A DNA stretch of 35,307 nucleotides from the NCBI GenBank assembly GCA_947472115.1, contig CANIZU010000002.1:1-35307 (forward strand). The letters are read 5' to 3'. Each line of letters begins with the position of its first letter. Positions within the stretch are counted from its first letter, which is position 1. The DNA is from Flavobacteriales bacterium. Lineage in GTDB: Bacteria > Bacteroidota > Bacteroidia > NS11-12g > UBA955. The notes below the pieces were generated by a model. It did not search any database and was not told the DNA's origin. It saw only the letters and a list, made by a program, of their open reading frames with translations. The position numbers and the translations under genes are program-made. Shown piece after piece: positions 18,880-26,982 of the stretch.

Positions 18880-21800
18880 ATGTTTGCTGAATTTAGAATT
18901 TTCTTTTCTTTTCTGTTTGGATTAATAGGAGTTTTAGCAAATGCACAACCCAAAGCAGTTCAAAATAATTCAACTCAACCGGCATATTTTATTCCTGATG
19001 AAGGACAATTCAAAGACCCCAAACCGTATTTGTATTTTGTTCAATTAGAAGAAAACGAAATTCAAATTAAGTCCGACGGAATAACTTGGGCTACAAATGT
19101 TTTGGTGCCTAGTAAGCCTTTATTGGGTGGATTAATGACTAAAATAAAAAAATCAAATCAGTCAGAAGAATCAGAGGAAGATAAACCTGCCTTTAAAAAT
19201 CAACAGTCGAAAATTGATTTACATTTTATTGGTTGCAATACCTCTTGCGTTATTATGGAATCAAATAAATCGCCCTTTTATTACTCCTATGGCGATAGAA
19301 CTAATCCTGTATATGGATTTAAGGAATTAAAATTTGTGGATTTTTATCCCAATATTGATTTGATTTATACTGTTGAGGATCAAAATAAGAGTTTTAAATT
19401 TTCTTTTTTATTAAAGTCAGGGGCTGATGTTTCAGCGATTCAATATGAGTATAGGCACAACGGACAGTTGATGCCTGTTTTGGATAAGAACGAATTGACA
19501 ATTGCGTCTTCCTCTTTTAAATTAAGGGAGTATGGCTTATCAATTGGTCCTTTGAATAAGCAAAAGAGCGATGATAGTCTAGCTGTAAAATATCGAATCT
19601 CGAATGGTGTCATTGGATATGCAATTACTGGAAATTCACAGAATTCAGAATTACTCATTGATCCATTCGTAATAAAACTATTGGATTTAACCGGCTCCAT
19701 TGTTGCAGTAAATAATCTAGAAAATATCCTGATTAAGACAGATGTAGATGATTTAGGTAATATTTATGTTTGGGGAGGCGGGGTTTATCCCAATCAACCC
19801 AAGCTAGCGAAGTACACACCCTCTGGTAATTTGATCTGGATTTTCATGGGTGAAATTCCTTCCATGAATTGGTATGCAACATCATACAAAGCTGGTAATC
19901 CTTGGTTATATTATCTTGGCACCTTTGTGTTAGCAAAAGAAACGGGGTATACATTTATTTGCCCGGGCTGTGCATCTGCAAATTTCACAATTATTGGATT
20001 AGATGATTCTGGTTTTGCAACAGGGTTTTCAAATGATACCAAAAATAGTTATTCCACTGAAGGATGGGAAATGTTGTTGAACTGCAAAAATGATATTTTG
20101 TATTATTTCGGTGGGGATTGGGGTTACACGAGTTATTATAAAATGAAACTAGATACCTTGCATCCTAGGATACAAAATTTTGGATTGTTCGGAATGTCAG
20201 CAGCGGCTGTTGATATTACTTCGGCTGTAATGGATGATTCAGGTGATGTTTATTTATTACTAAATGGGGGGTCTAGTAACCCGAAATTAAGGAGTTATGA
20301 ATGGAACAATGTGATTGTTAAAATGCATAATGATACCAGTAGAATTTTTTCTAGAAAAACAGGCTTTGATATCGCGGAGCGAGGTACGCATCCTCTATTT
20401 CCATGGAAAGCCGGTTCAAGAATGGCTTACGGCAATTATGGATTATCCAATAGCAGCAATGATTTAGCAATAGACGATCGTTATGTTTATTATTTTGATG
20501 GCAGGTATATGGCTGCATTCACTAAAGATAGTGGCTTTAGGGTGGGTGCGGATTCCATCAAAGCCTATGGACAATATACCCAAGCGGGCATTGCTGCAGA
20601 TTTAAAACAACATGTATTCTTAGGCGGCGACAGTGCTAAGTTGCATTGTTACACATTCAAAGATTCTATCTTTTCCCTGGATACCATTTTGTATTTAAAT
20701 CCCAAATCCAATCCCAAATCCAATCAGAAAATTCATGATGTAGTCTACTTGACAGCCACCCAAGAAATTGTGGTGATTGGCGACAGTCTTTTGGCAAAAG
20801 TAGAATCCCCCTACAAAACCATCGACTCAAATTATGTGTTCTCATTGTCCTCGCAACGTTTTTGTGGAGATTATGTGGTGGCAAAAATTCTAACCACCCC
20901 TTCCAAGAGCATGTCGTTCCAGTGGCTAGACAGCACAACTGGCAAATTGGTAAGACACGTAGATATCATCAATACAGACTCAGACACTTTGCCCAATCCT
21001 ATAGAAGGCCATGTTTATGTAGTGAAATTAGGAGATGCAAAAAAATGTGAGCGATGGTTATTTCAACATGTTTTTAAGGCCAAAATCCTGAAACCGGACA
21101 CGATAATTCAAAAGTTGTGCGAAGGAGATACCTTTATCGTTTCCAAAAATACGATTACACGAGATTCCATATTTAGCGTAAAACTTAAGACCGCCCATCA
21201 ATGTGATTCGCTGTTGAATTATCAAATAACGTTCTTAAAGAAATCCTCGACCAATCTAGATTTCAATATTTGCAAAGGAGATTTTATTCAAATAGGAAAA
21301 TCCAAATATTTCAGCGCAGGCAATTTCTCTGACACCTTCTCTGCCGCCAATGGCTGCGATTCAATTGTCCATAGTCAAATCAAGGTAAAACCAGATACAA
21401 CGGTGACGCACAATTTCTTGATTTGCAAGAAAGATACCATCGTTGTTGGCAATAGCAAATACTACCAAAGTGGGACCTACCTGGATACATTCATTCGATT
21501 TAATGGTTGTGACTCGGTGATTCAGACGAAAATCACCCTATTGGCCGACACGCTAGTTTATTCAACCGCCAAAATCTGTCTAGGCGATTCCTTCAATTTC
21601 GGAGGGTTGTATGTTAAATCACCGGGAAAATACTCGCATCAGTTTGTGCGCAGCAATGGCTGTGATTCCCTTGTGAATTTAACGCTGCAGGCATTGACAG
21701 ACACCACGGTTTTGTTAAATGCAAAGATCTGCAATGGCGAAACGATAACAATTGGCGCACAGGCATTCAAAAACGCGGGAAGTTATTCAATTCCGCTTCA

Positions 21801-22542
21801 AAGGCAATCGGGATGCGATTCTATCATCAAATTGAACGTAACTGTTTTGCCCACTGCTACATCGAATAAGCGAATTGTATTTTGCAATATTGATTCCTTT
21901 GAATATCGAGGTAAATTTTTCCCGTTGCCATTGAAGATATCGGACACTGTATTGGCACAAAATGGTTGTGATTCTATTTTGAAGATTGATATTGGTAGCA
22001 AATTTGTAAAAGCGGGTATTGCCATTGATACTTCAAATTCACCCACGGTACAATTCTTTAGCACTTCTACCAATGCCAATTTCTGGAAGTGGAATTTCGG
22101 AGATTTAAAATCATCTGTTATAGAAAATCCGTTAAATAATTTCCCTAAATCGCACAATTGGATCGTTTATAAAGTATGTTTAATTGTCAGCGATTCAACG
22201 GGTTGCAGCGATACATTGTGTTTAAACCTACCCATGAAACCCGGAGATTTGTTCTCTATCCCGGAGGGAATATCACCCAACGGCGATGGGGTTAATGATG
22301 TGCTTGAAATTTCTGGCCTCTGGGAATATCCGAATGCAAAGTGGACAATTTTTAACATTTGGGGGCAGGTGCTATTTAAATCTAGTACCACCGAAAATTA
22401 TAAATGGGATGGATTTGCTAGGGATGCGGCAGGCATAACGAATAAGAATGCGCTGTTGCCGGAAGGTGTCTATTATATCATTTTTGATTTTAATGATGGC
22501 AAGAGACCTGCTGTCGTTCAAAACCTATATCTCAAAAAGTAG
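18880..22542 (+). CDS. Very large T9SS cargo protein (about 1220 aa): propeller-like N-terminal region, six Cys repeats, PKD-like module, type B (gliding-motility-associated) CTD
   Basis: The ORF track start at 18844 is a TTG. The ATG at 18880 begins signal peptide MFAEFRIFFSFLFGLIGVLANAQ. Motifs shared with the 1111/1105-aa paralogs are FIPDEGQF, FYYSYGD, PNIDLIY, IDPF and D..GNIYVWGG. The PKD-like module has FWKWNFGD. The type B CTD is IPEGISPNGDGVNDVLEI...WTIFNIWGQVLF...KWDG...LPEGVYYIIF. Confidence 0.85.
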   Translation: MFAEFRIFFSFLFGLIGVLANAQPKAVQNNSTQPAYFIPDEGQFKDPKPYLYFVQLEENEIQIKSDGITWATNVLVPSKPLLGGLMTKIKKSNQSEESEEDKPAFKNQQSKIDLHFIGCNTSCVIMESNKSPFYYSYGDRTNPVYGFKELKFVDFYPNIDLIYTVEDQNKSFKFSFLLKSGADVSAIQYEYRHNGQLMPVLDKNELTIASSSFKLREYGLSIGPLNKQKSDDSLAVKYRISNGVIGYAITGNSQNSELLIDPFVIKLLDLTGSIVAVNNLENILIKTDVDDLGNIYVWGGGVYPNQPKLAKYTPSGNLIWIFMGEIPSMNWYATSYKAGNPWLYYLGTFVLAKETGYTFICPGCASANFTIIGLDDSGFATGFSNDTKNSYSTEGWEMLLNCKNDILYYFGGDWGYTSYYKMKLDTLHPRIQNFGLFGMSAAAVDITSAVMDDSGDVYLLLNGGSSNPKLRSYEWNNVIVKMHNDTSRIFSRKTGFDIAERGTHPLFPWKAGSRMAYGNYGLSNSSNDLAIDDRYVYYFDGRYMAAFTKDSGFRVGADSIKAYGQYTQAGIAADLKQHVFLGGDSAKLHCYTFKDSIFSLDTILYLNPKSNPKSNQKIHDVVYLTATQEIVVIGDSLLAKVESPYKTIDSNYVFSLSSQRFCGDYVVAKILTTPSKSMSFQWLDSTTGKLVRHVDIINTDSDTLPNPIEGHVYVVKLGDAKKCERWLFQHVFKAKILKPDTIIQKLCEGDTFIVSKNTITRDSIFSVKLKTAHQCDSLLNYQITFLKKSSTNLDFNICKGDFIQIGKSKYFSAGNFSDTFSAANGCDSIVHSQIKVKPDTTVTHNFLICKKDTIVVGNSKYYQSGTYLDTFIRFNGCDSVIQTKITLLADTLVYSTAKICLGDSFNFGGLYVKSPGKYSHQFVRSNGCDSLVNLTLQALTDTTVLLNAKICNGETITIGAQAFKNAGSYSIPLQRQSGCDSIIKLNVTVLPTATSNKRIVFCNIDSFEYRGKFFPLPLKISDTVLAQNGCDSILKIDIGSKFVKAGIAIDTSNSPTVQFFSTSTNANFWKWNFGDLKSSVIENPLNNFPKSHNWIVYKVCLIVSDSTGCSDTLCLNLPMKPGDLFSIPEGISPNGDGVNDVLEISGLWEYPNAKWTIFNIWGQVLFKSSTTENYKWDGFARDAAGITNKNALLPEGVYYIIFDFNDGKRPAVVQNLYLKK
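20701..20724 (+). repeat. Perfect in-frame 12-nt tandem duplication (CCCAAATCCAAT x2)
   Basis: Read directly from the sequence. It encodes the NPKSNPKSN segment inside the ~1220-aa protein. Confidence 0.9.
21115..22009 (+). repeat. Six tandem ~50-aa Cys-containing protein repeats (C-x-G-D ... G-x-Y ... G-C-D-S)
   Basis: Repeats begin LCEGDTF, ICKGDFI, ICKKDTI, ICLGDSF, ICNGETI and FCNIDSF. Each ends (N/S/H)(G/Q)CDS + hydrophobic stretch, for example NGCDSIVHSQIKV. Four equivalent repeats occur in the 1111-aa gene (about 23119-23706) and in the 1105-aa gene (about 29102-29689). Confidence 0.8.
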
Positions 22543-22569
22543 ACTTACCCAAAATTAACTTTCTGTACT

Positions 22570-24008
22570 TTACTGCTTCAAATAAATATTCTTTGATAAG
22601 TTGGGGCGATGACCGTCGTTGTAATTGAACACGATGTAGTAAACGCCCTCGGGGAGTAGTTCTGCGGGTTTATTGTTTTGGCTTTGGCCCGATGCGTGAT
22701 TGCGGCCGTCCCACGCGATGTTTTGTTGGGCATTGGATTCAAAGACCACCTGTCCCCAGCGATTAAATATCACCCATGATGCTTTTGGGAAGGCCCAGAG
22801 TCCGGGTATCACCAATGAGTCGTTGAGGCCATCTCCGTTGGGTGAAATGCCTTCCGGGATTTGGATTTCGGCCTCGGGTTTGATGGGTAGGTCCAGACAA
22901 AGCGTGTCATCGCAGCCAAATGAGTCCCTCACCACCAAGCAAACCTTGTAGCTGATCCATAGAAATGATTTGACATAACTGTGCGTGGGACTTTGTATGT
23001 TGCTGCTGTTTAGGTCCCCAAAATCCCACATCCATTGCTTGGCGTTGGTGGTTTTGCCGATGAATTTGAGCGTTGGAAACTGCGAAGAGTCTATCGAAAA
23101 ATCGGACTTAATGTTGTGGCTGATGACCGATAACGTGAACACCGAATCGCAGCCGGTGAAGGCCAATAGCGTATCGCGGAGCGATAATGGCAATGGGTGT
23201 TTTTTGTTTCGGTAGGCAAAGGAATCGGTGTTGCAGAGACTGAGTTGCTGAGATACAAATTGGGGTGAATTGACGGTCAACTGAAGGTTGATTAACGAAT
23301 CACAGCCGTTGGTACGGGCGGTTTTGATTTGGTAGTTTCCCGTGGCAAAAAACGGCAAGTTGTTGAAGCGAAGGGTATCACCCAAGCAAATGGCCGACTT
23401 GATAAAAATGGTGGTGTCGGTGAGGACGGTCAGGCTCGTGTTGACAATGGAATCGCAACCGCGGAAATTGGTGAAGGTATCGGCGTAAGAGCCAGAAATC
23501 CGGTAAGCCCGCGCGCCAACCGTGAAACTATCGCCCCGACAGATTTTCGGATTTAAAAAAGTAAACGAGCGGGGCTTGAAAGTGAGCTTGTACTGAATGA
23601 GGGAGTCGCAGCTGAATTGGTTTTTGAGGGAGTCGGTGAAGGTGGTATCGCGGAAATGTGAGAGTCCATTGTGGAACCAAGTATCAGCGGCACAGAATTG
23701 CAGCGATTGGGGGACGAAATTTTTGGGGTTGGACTGAAGTTGATACCGAGTAAATGCGCCTTTGCAATGAAAATTGCGCTGGATTTTCACGGTGTATTGC
23801 TGTCCGGCGGTGGGGTTAAACAGGGTATCTGAAAAGTGGTTGAGCGAATCGACTTGCTTTACGATTTGTTGGGTTTTGTTATCGGTCCAAACGAATGAAT
23901 ACTTGGAGGCTGAATCGCATTGGGGCAAGGTAACAAAGAGAAAATCATCGCAGGTGGCGGGGCCGTTGGAGTTGAATAACAGGGTGGAATCGATGCTGAA
24001 GTAAGGGT
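22570..24008 (-). repeat. 1.44-kb high-identity 3' gene module, copy 1 (direct repeat of 28553-29990)
   Basis: The manual alignment is colinear, with lengths 1439 vs 1438 nt. At protein level I count about 41 substitutions and no indels over about 478 residues. Identity collapses within a few tens of nt upstream of the NPY(F/T)SIDSTLLFNSNGP segment. Confidence 0.9.
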
Positions 24009-25905
24009 TGGATATTTTGGCAATCAAACTATCCCCGGTAACTATGAGTGTATTGCTGTTGATGTCATATTTCACATCTTGAATGCGACGGCGAGATTTG
24101 GAGATGAGAACTATTTCAGGTTGGGGAGTGAACTTTTTTCCGTCAAAATAAAAAACTTTTATGTTGCTTGAATCGCCGCCAACAAACACGTGATTGCTAT
24201 AATCAACGGTGACACCGGATTGTTGACGTGGGGTATCACAAATTGTTGAATCAACAGCGAGTAATTTTCCGGAATTAGCATGAAATCCGTAGAGGTTTTT
24301 TCCTTCATAGACAAAAATGTAATTTTTATCTGATGCAGTAGCATTCATGCTCCAAATTGGATAATACCGGACAGAAATATTCTTTACACCTGCATATTTT
24401 GCTACATCTCTCCAATTTGTGTAAATTCTTCCGCTAATTAAACGATTTGCGTAACCAGCTAAAAATGAATCAAGGAATATATGGGACCAAATTGAAGAGT
24501 CTAGGCCTTTATTTATTTTTATCAAAGAAGTCTCAATGATGTATGAATTGTTATTGGTTTGGGTGCGTGTTTTATTTCGACCGAATAACACAAATCTATT
24601 TCCGCTGGGGTCTTGGGTAGCATTATTAATTTGATGCTGATTTTCTGGCCATTGCCATTTTTCTGGGTGAGAAAAACGCTGAATTCCCGTGTCAGAAAAT
24701 TTGAGAATTAACTCTTCACTTCCATTGCCACCATAAGAACTCCAAGCATCTGATCCAAACGCAGTGTAGGAATTGTCCGTGCAATTACATAATAATTTAT
24801 CCACTCGGAATCCGTTACGATAGTTAAAATCTAATTTTTTGGTTTTTAGTTGTCTGATAAAATTGTCATAGTTTCCATTAGAATCGAGTCGAATCAGTTT
24901 ATTTCCGTTTAATTCATTGAAATCTTGAGTGATGTAAATTTTGTGTTTACCGGGAGTAACTAGAAAGTTCCCTGCGCCAAACCAATTTGAGTTACTATAC
25001 CAATTAAGACTGTCGATTTTTCCTTGAAAAATCCAATTGAGGGCCCCATGGGTATTGTATTTGGCTATTCTAAATAAGTTATTTTTTCCTGACAAACCAG
25101 AATTCTCTAATCCACATCCGCCATAAACATACACATTGCCCACTTCGTCAAAATCTGCATTGATTCCAGAATTTCTATAGAACGGGTACTTCGTATATTT
25201 TAATGTGTCCATGTTTGTTATTGTATAAACCCATGGGTCTATGTTGTAGGCTTCGTGCAGTTTGTAGGATTGTATTTGAAGTTTTACAGTATCATTTTCG
25301 CGAATAAACCTTAAGGAAACTGGCGTGCCTATTTCGTCGTAAACCTTCCATTCAGTTTGGTTGATGATTAAATATTTGGATATAATTGTGGTCTTGGCCG
25401 TAGAACTCCAAGTAGAGGAATCATCACCAGTAATTTTCCATGAAATATCAGAAATATTGGATCCTTTTTTTAAAATAATAGAGTATTTGAATCCGGAGGC
25501 TATTTCTGGATGTACTTCATATCTAATATCAATATTGGGGTAGAGATTTTGGATGGTAACAGATGCGTAACCATATGCGTTCAATTTGGCCAGACCATAG
25601 CTAAAATAATGTTGGGTTTTACCCTCTACGATGATCGTTGCATTGGGGTTTGTGTTTGTGAAAATTTGAGATATTTGTTTGCTTCCTGCTACACAAGAAA
25701 AACCATTTTTAAATATTTGGATGTCACAATCTTTGTCATTCAATTCAAAATCTGGTGCAGCGGAAAATTCACTATTGGAATTGAATTGACCCTTATTTTC
25801 AATGAAATAATGCAGCGGAAAGGGGTTGGTGTTGACAAACTGTGTTTGGCTTTTTAGTATTGACGCGAGTGTAAAAAAAGTAAGTAGTATTATTTTAACT
25901 CTCAT
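22570..25905 (-). CDS. Large T9SS cargo protein (1111 aa), paralog: propeller-like region, four Cys repeats, PKD-like module, type B CTD
   Basis: Signal peptide MRVKIILLTFFTLASILKSQ, then FVNTNPFPLHYFIENKGQF, YFSYG, PNIDIRYEV, IDPWV and DEVGNVYVYGG. The PKD-like module has QWMWDFGD. The CTD is IPEGISPNGDGLNDSLVIPGLW...WVIFNRWGQVVFES...AWDG...LPEGVYYIVF. Confidence 0.9.
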   Translation of the reverse strand: MRVKIILLTFFTLASILKSQTQFVNTNPFPLHYFIENKGQFNSNSEFSAAPDFELNDKDCDIQIFKNGFSCVAGSKQISQIFTNTNPNATIIVEGKTQHYFSYGLAKLNAYGYASVTIQNLYPNIDIRYEVHPEIASGFKYSIILKKGSNISDISWKITGDDSSTWSSTAKTTIISKYLIINQTEWKVYDEIGTPVSLRFIRENDTVKLQIQSYKLHEAYNIDPWVYTITNMDTLKYTKYPFYRNSGINADFDEVGNVYVYGGCGLENSGLSGKNNLFRIAKYNTHGALNWIFQGKIDSLNWYSNSNWFGAGNFLVTPGKHKIYITQDFNELNGNKLIRLDSNGNYDNFIRQLKTKKLDFNYRNGFRVDKLLCNCTDNSYTAFGSDAWSSYGGNGSEELILKFSDTGIQRFSHPEKWQWPENQHQINNATQDPSGNRFVLFGRNKTRTQTNNNSYIIETSLIKINKGLDSSIWSHIFLDSFLAGYANRLISGRIYTNWRDVAKYAGVKNISVRYYPIWSMNATASDKNYIFVYEGKNLYGFHANSGKLLAVDSTICDTPRQQSGVTVDYSNHVFVGGDSSNIKVFYFDGKKFTPQPEIVLISKSRRRIQDVKYDINSNTLIVTGDSLIAKISNPYFSIDSTLLFNSNGPATCDDFLFVTLPQCDSASKYSFVWTDNKTQQIVKQVDSLNHFSDTLFNPTAGQQYTVKIQRNFHCKGAFTRYQLQSNPKNFVPQSLQFCAADTWFHNGLSHFRDTTFTDSLKNQFSCDSLIQYKLTFKPRSFTFLNPKICRGDSFTVGARAYRISGSYADTFTNFRGCDSIVNTSLTVLTDTTIFIKSAICLGDTLRFNNLPFFATGNYQIKTARTNGCDSLINLQLTVNSPQFVSQQLSLCNTDSFAYRNKKHPLPLSLRDTLLAFTGCDSVFTLSVISHNIKSDFSIDSSQFPTLKFIGKTTNAKQWMWDFGDLNSSNIQSPTHSYVKSFLWISYKVCLVVRDSFGCDDTLCLDLPIKPEAEIQIPEGISPNGDGLNDSLVIPGLWAFPKASWVIFNRWGQVVFESNAQQNIAWDGRNHASGQSQNNKPAELLPEGVYYIVFNYNDGHRPNLSKNIYLKQ

Positions 25906-25936
25906 GTTTTTATTTTATGCTTGTTCTACAAATATT

Positions 25937-26326
25937 ATGAAAAATAAGTTCTTGATTTTTATTTTATTACTTTTTGTTCAAGTATGCAGCGCGCAGACAT
26001 TCGAAATCGAAGAACAAAATATGATAGTTCCTTGTACAACGGGTATTTGGCAAGTGAAGGATTCTTCAGGCTCAATACTTGTTTTCGGTTCATTTAAATC
26101 TGGAATCACACCTAGTAATGGTACATGTCATTCTGGAATTCCTCACAGTGTAGTTTTCAATAGTACAGTTTGCACACCTAGTATGGTGACAGTAATTGTT
26201 GGTGGTCCATCTGGTATTGCTGATTGTACATGTGCATCGACCACCTCAACACAGAAAGTTCAATATATTGCAAATGCCAAATCACCGACAGGTAATTGTA
26301 CTATGATGCTGTCAATTATTTATTAA
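25937..26326 (+). CDS. Small secreted Cys-rich protein of unknown function (129 aa)
   Basis: The ORF track start at 25826 would overlap the 1111-aa gene start. The internal ATG at 25937 gives a canonical signal peptide MKNKFLIFILLLFVQVCSAQ. The mature ~109 aa contain 6 Cys after the signal peptide and are Ser/Thr/Gly rich. I recognise no family. Confidence 0.55.
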   Translation: MKNKFLIFILLLFVQVCSAQTFEIEEQNMIVPCTTGIWQVKDSSGSILVFGSFKSGITPSNGTCHSGIPHSVVFNSTVCTPSMVTVIVGGPSGIADCTCASTTSTQKVQYIANAKSPTGNCTMMLSIIY

Positions 26327-26483
26327 CTCGACGTTAATCGCAAACGCAAAATTTTGGGTGATCTAAAATTTTTGTGTGACAATATTGCGAAATTAAACGT
26401 TCCTTTCGGGAAGAAGCCCTGCACTTCGCTCGCAGGCCTGTATACTTTGTGCCTTGTGATGTTTATGAACTCAAGAAATACCA

Positions 26484-26690
26484 TTAACGTTTCAGATAAA
26501 CATCCACCGAGATGTTTTTGTGAAGACCGTCACTGTATTCAAAAACGATAAAATAGATGCCTTCGGGAAGCAGGGTGTTGTTTTGAGATTGGCTTGAAAT
26601 GTTGTTGGCAGAGGCAACATTCCCCCTAACGGATACATTGCTTTTGCCATCCCACGCGATGTTTTGTTGGGCATTGGATTCAAAGACTAG
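26484..26690 (-). pseudogene. Truncated type B T9SS CTD fragment (C-terminal ~68 codons only) of a third paralog
   Basis: It translates to ...VFESNAQQNIAWDG...LLPEGIYFIVFEYSDGLHKNISVDVYLKR*. The stretch 26650-26689 is nearly identical to the 1105-aa gene CTD (about 28706-28745). Homology stops abruptly at 26690, where the rlmD 3' relic begins. The only start is a junction-created ATG. Confidence 0.8.
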
Positions 26691-26743
26691 CATGTTCACA
26701 CACCCATCACTTGGAGAACGTGGGTTTATGGGAGTTGCGGTAA
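26691..26743 (+). pseudogene. Relic copy of the last ~17 codons of rlmD, including a stop
   Basis: CATGTTCACACACCCATCACTTGGAGAACGTGGGTTTATGGGAGTTGCGGTAA aligns to rlmD 18493-18547 (CATGTTCCCACATACGCATCACGTGGAGAATGTTGGACTCTGGGAGTTGCGGTGA). It is noticeably more diverged than the adjoining intergenic repeat. Confidence 0.8.
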
Positions 26744-26982
26744 GACTTTGATAGATAGGTAGTCGTAGTAAGTTTTCTTGTTTGTATTGGAATCGGTTTG
26801 ATTGAAAAAATCGGGTCGTAATAGTGATAAAAAGATTGGCAAAGGATTAGTCTTCAGTACACTAACTGTCGATGCATCACATTATCATTGATTTGCTGAA
26901 TACCGAAAATAAATACTTGCTTGTTTGGGTTAGGGTAGCTGATGATTGCTTCAGTGTTTGGTGCATTCAAATTGATTTGTTG
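26691..26982. repeat. Copy B of the duplicated rlmD-3'/intergenic/552-gene-3' block
   Basis: Aligns to 18493-18786 (see copy A). Here it continues into the intact 552-aa gene. Confidence 0.85.

Noticed and set aside
22700-23215. Antisense ORFs of 83 and 76 aa (22700-22951, 22985-23215), apparently conserved because near-identical ORFs exist at 28683-28934 and 28968-29198.
   Set aside because: They lie entirely antisense to the CTD/PKD coding part of the duplicated 1.44-kb module. Their conservation is simply a by-product of the duplication. They have no signal peptide or recognisable motif, and their composition mirrors the sense strand.
26354-26551. 65-aa plus-strand ORF in the gap after the small Cys-rich gene.
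   Set aside because: It overlaps the truncated CTD pseudogene on the opposite strand. It has no export signal or recognisable motif. It is probably noise in decaying sequence.
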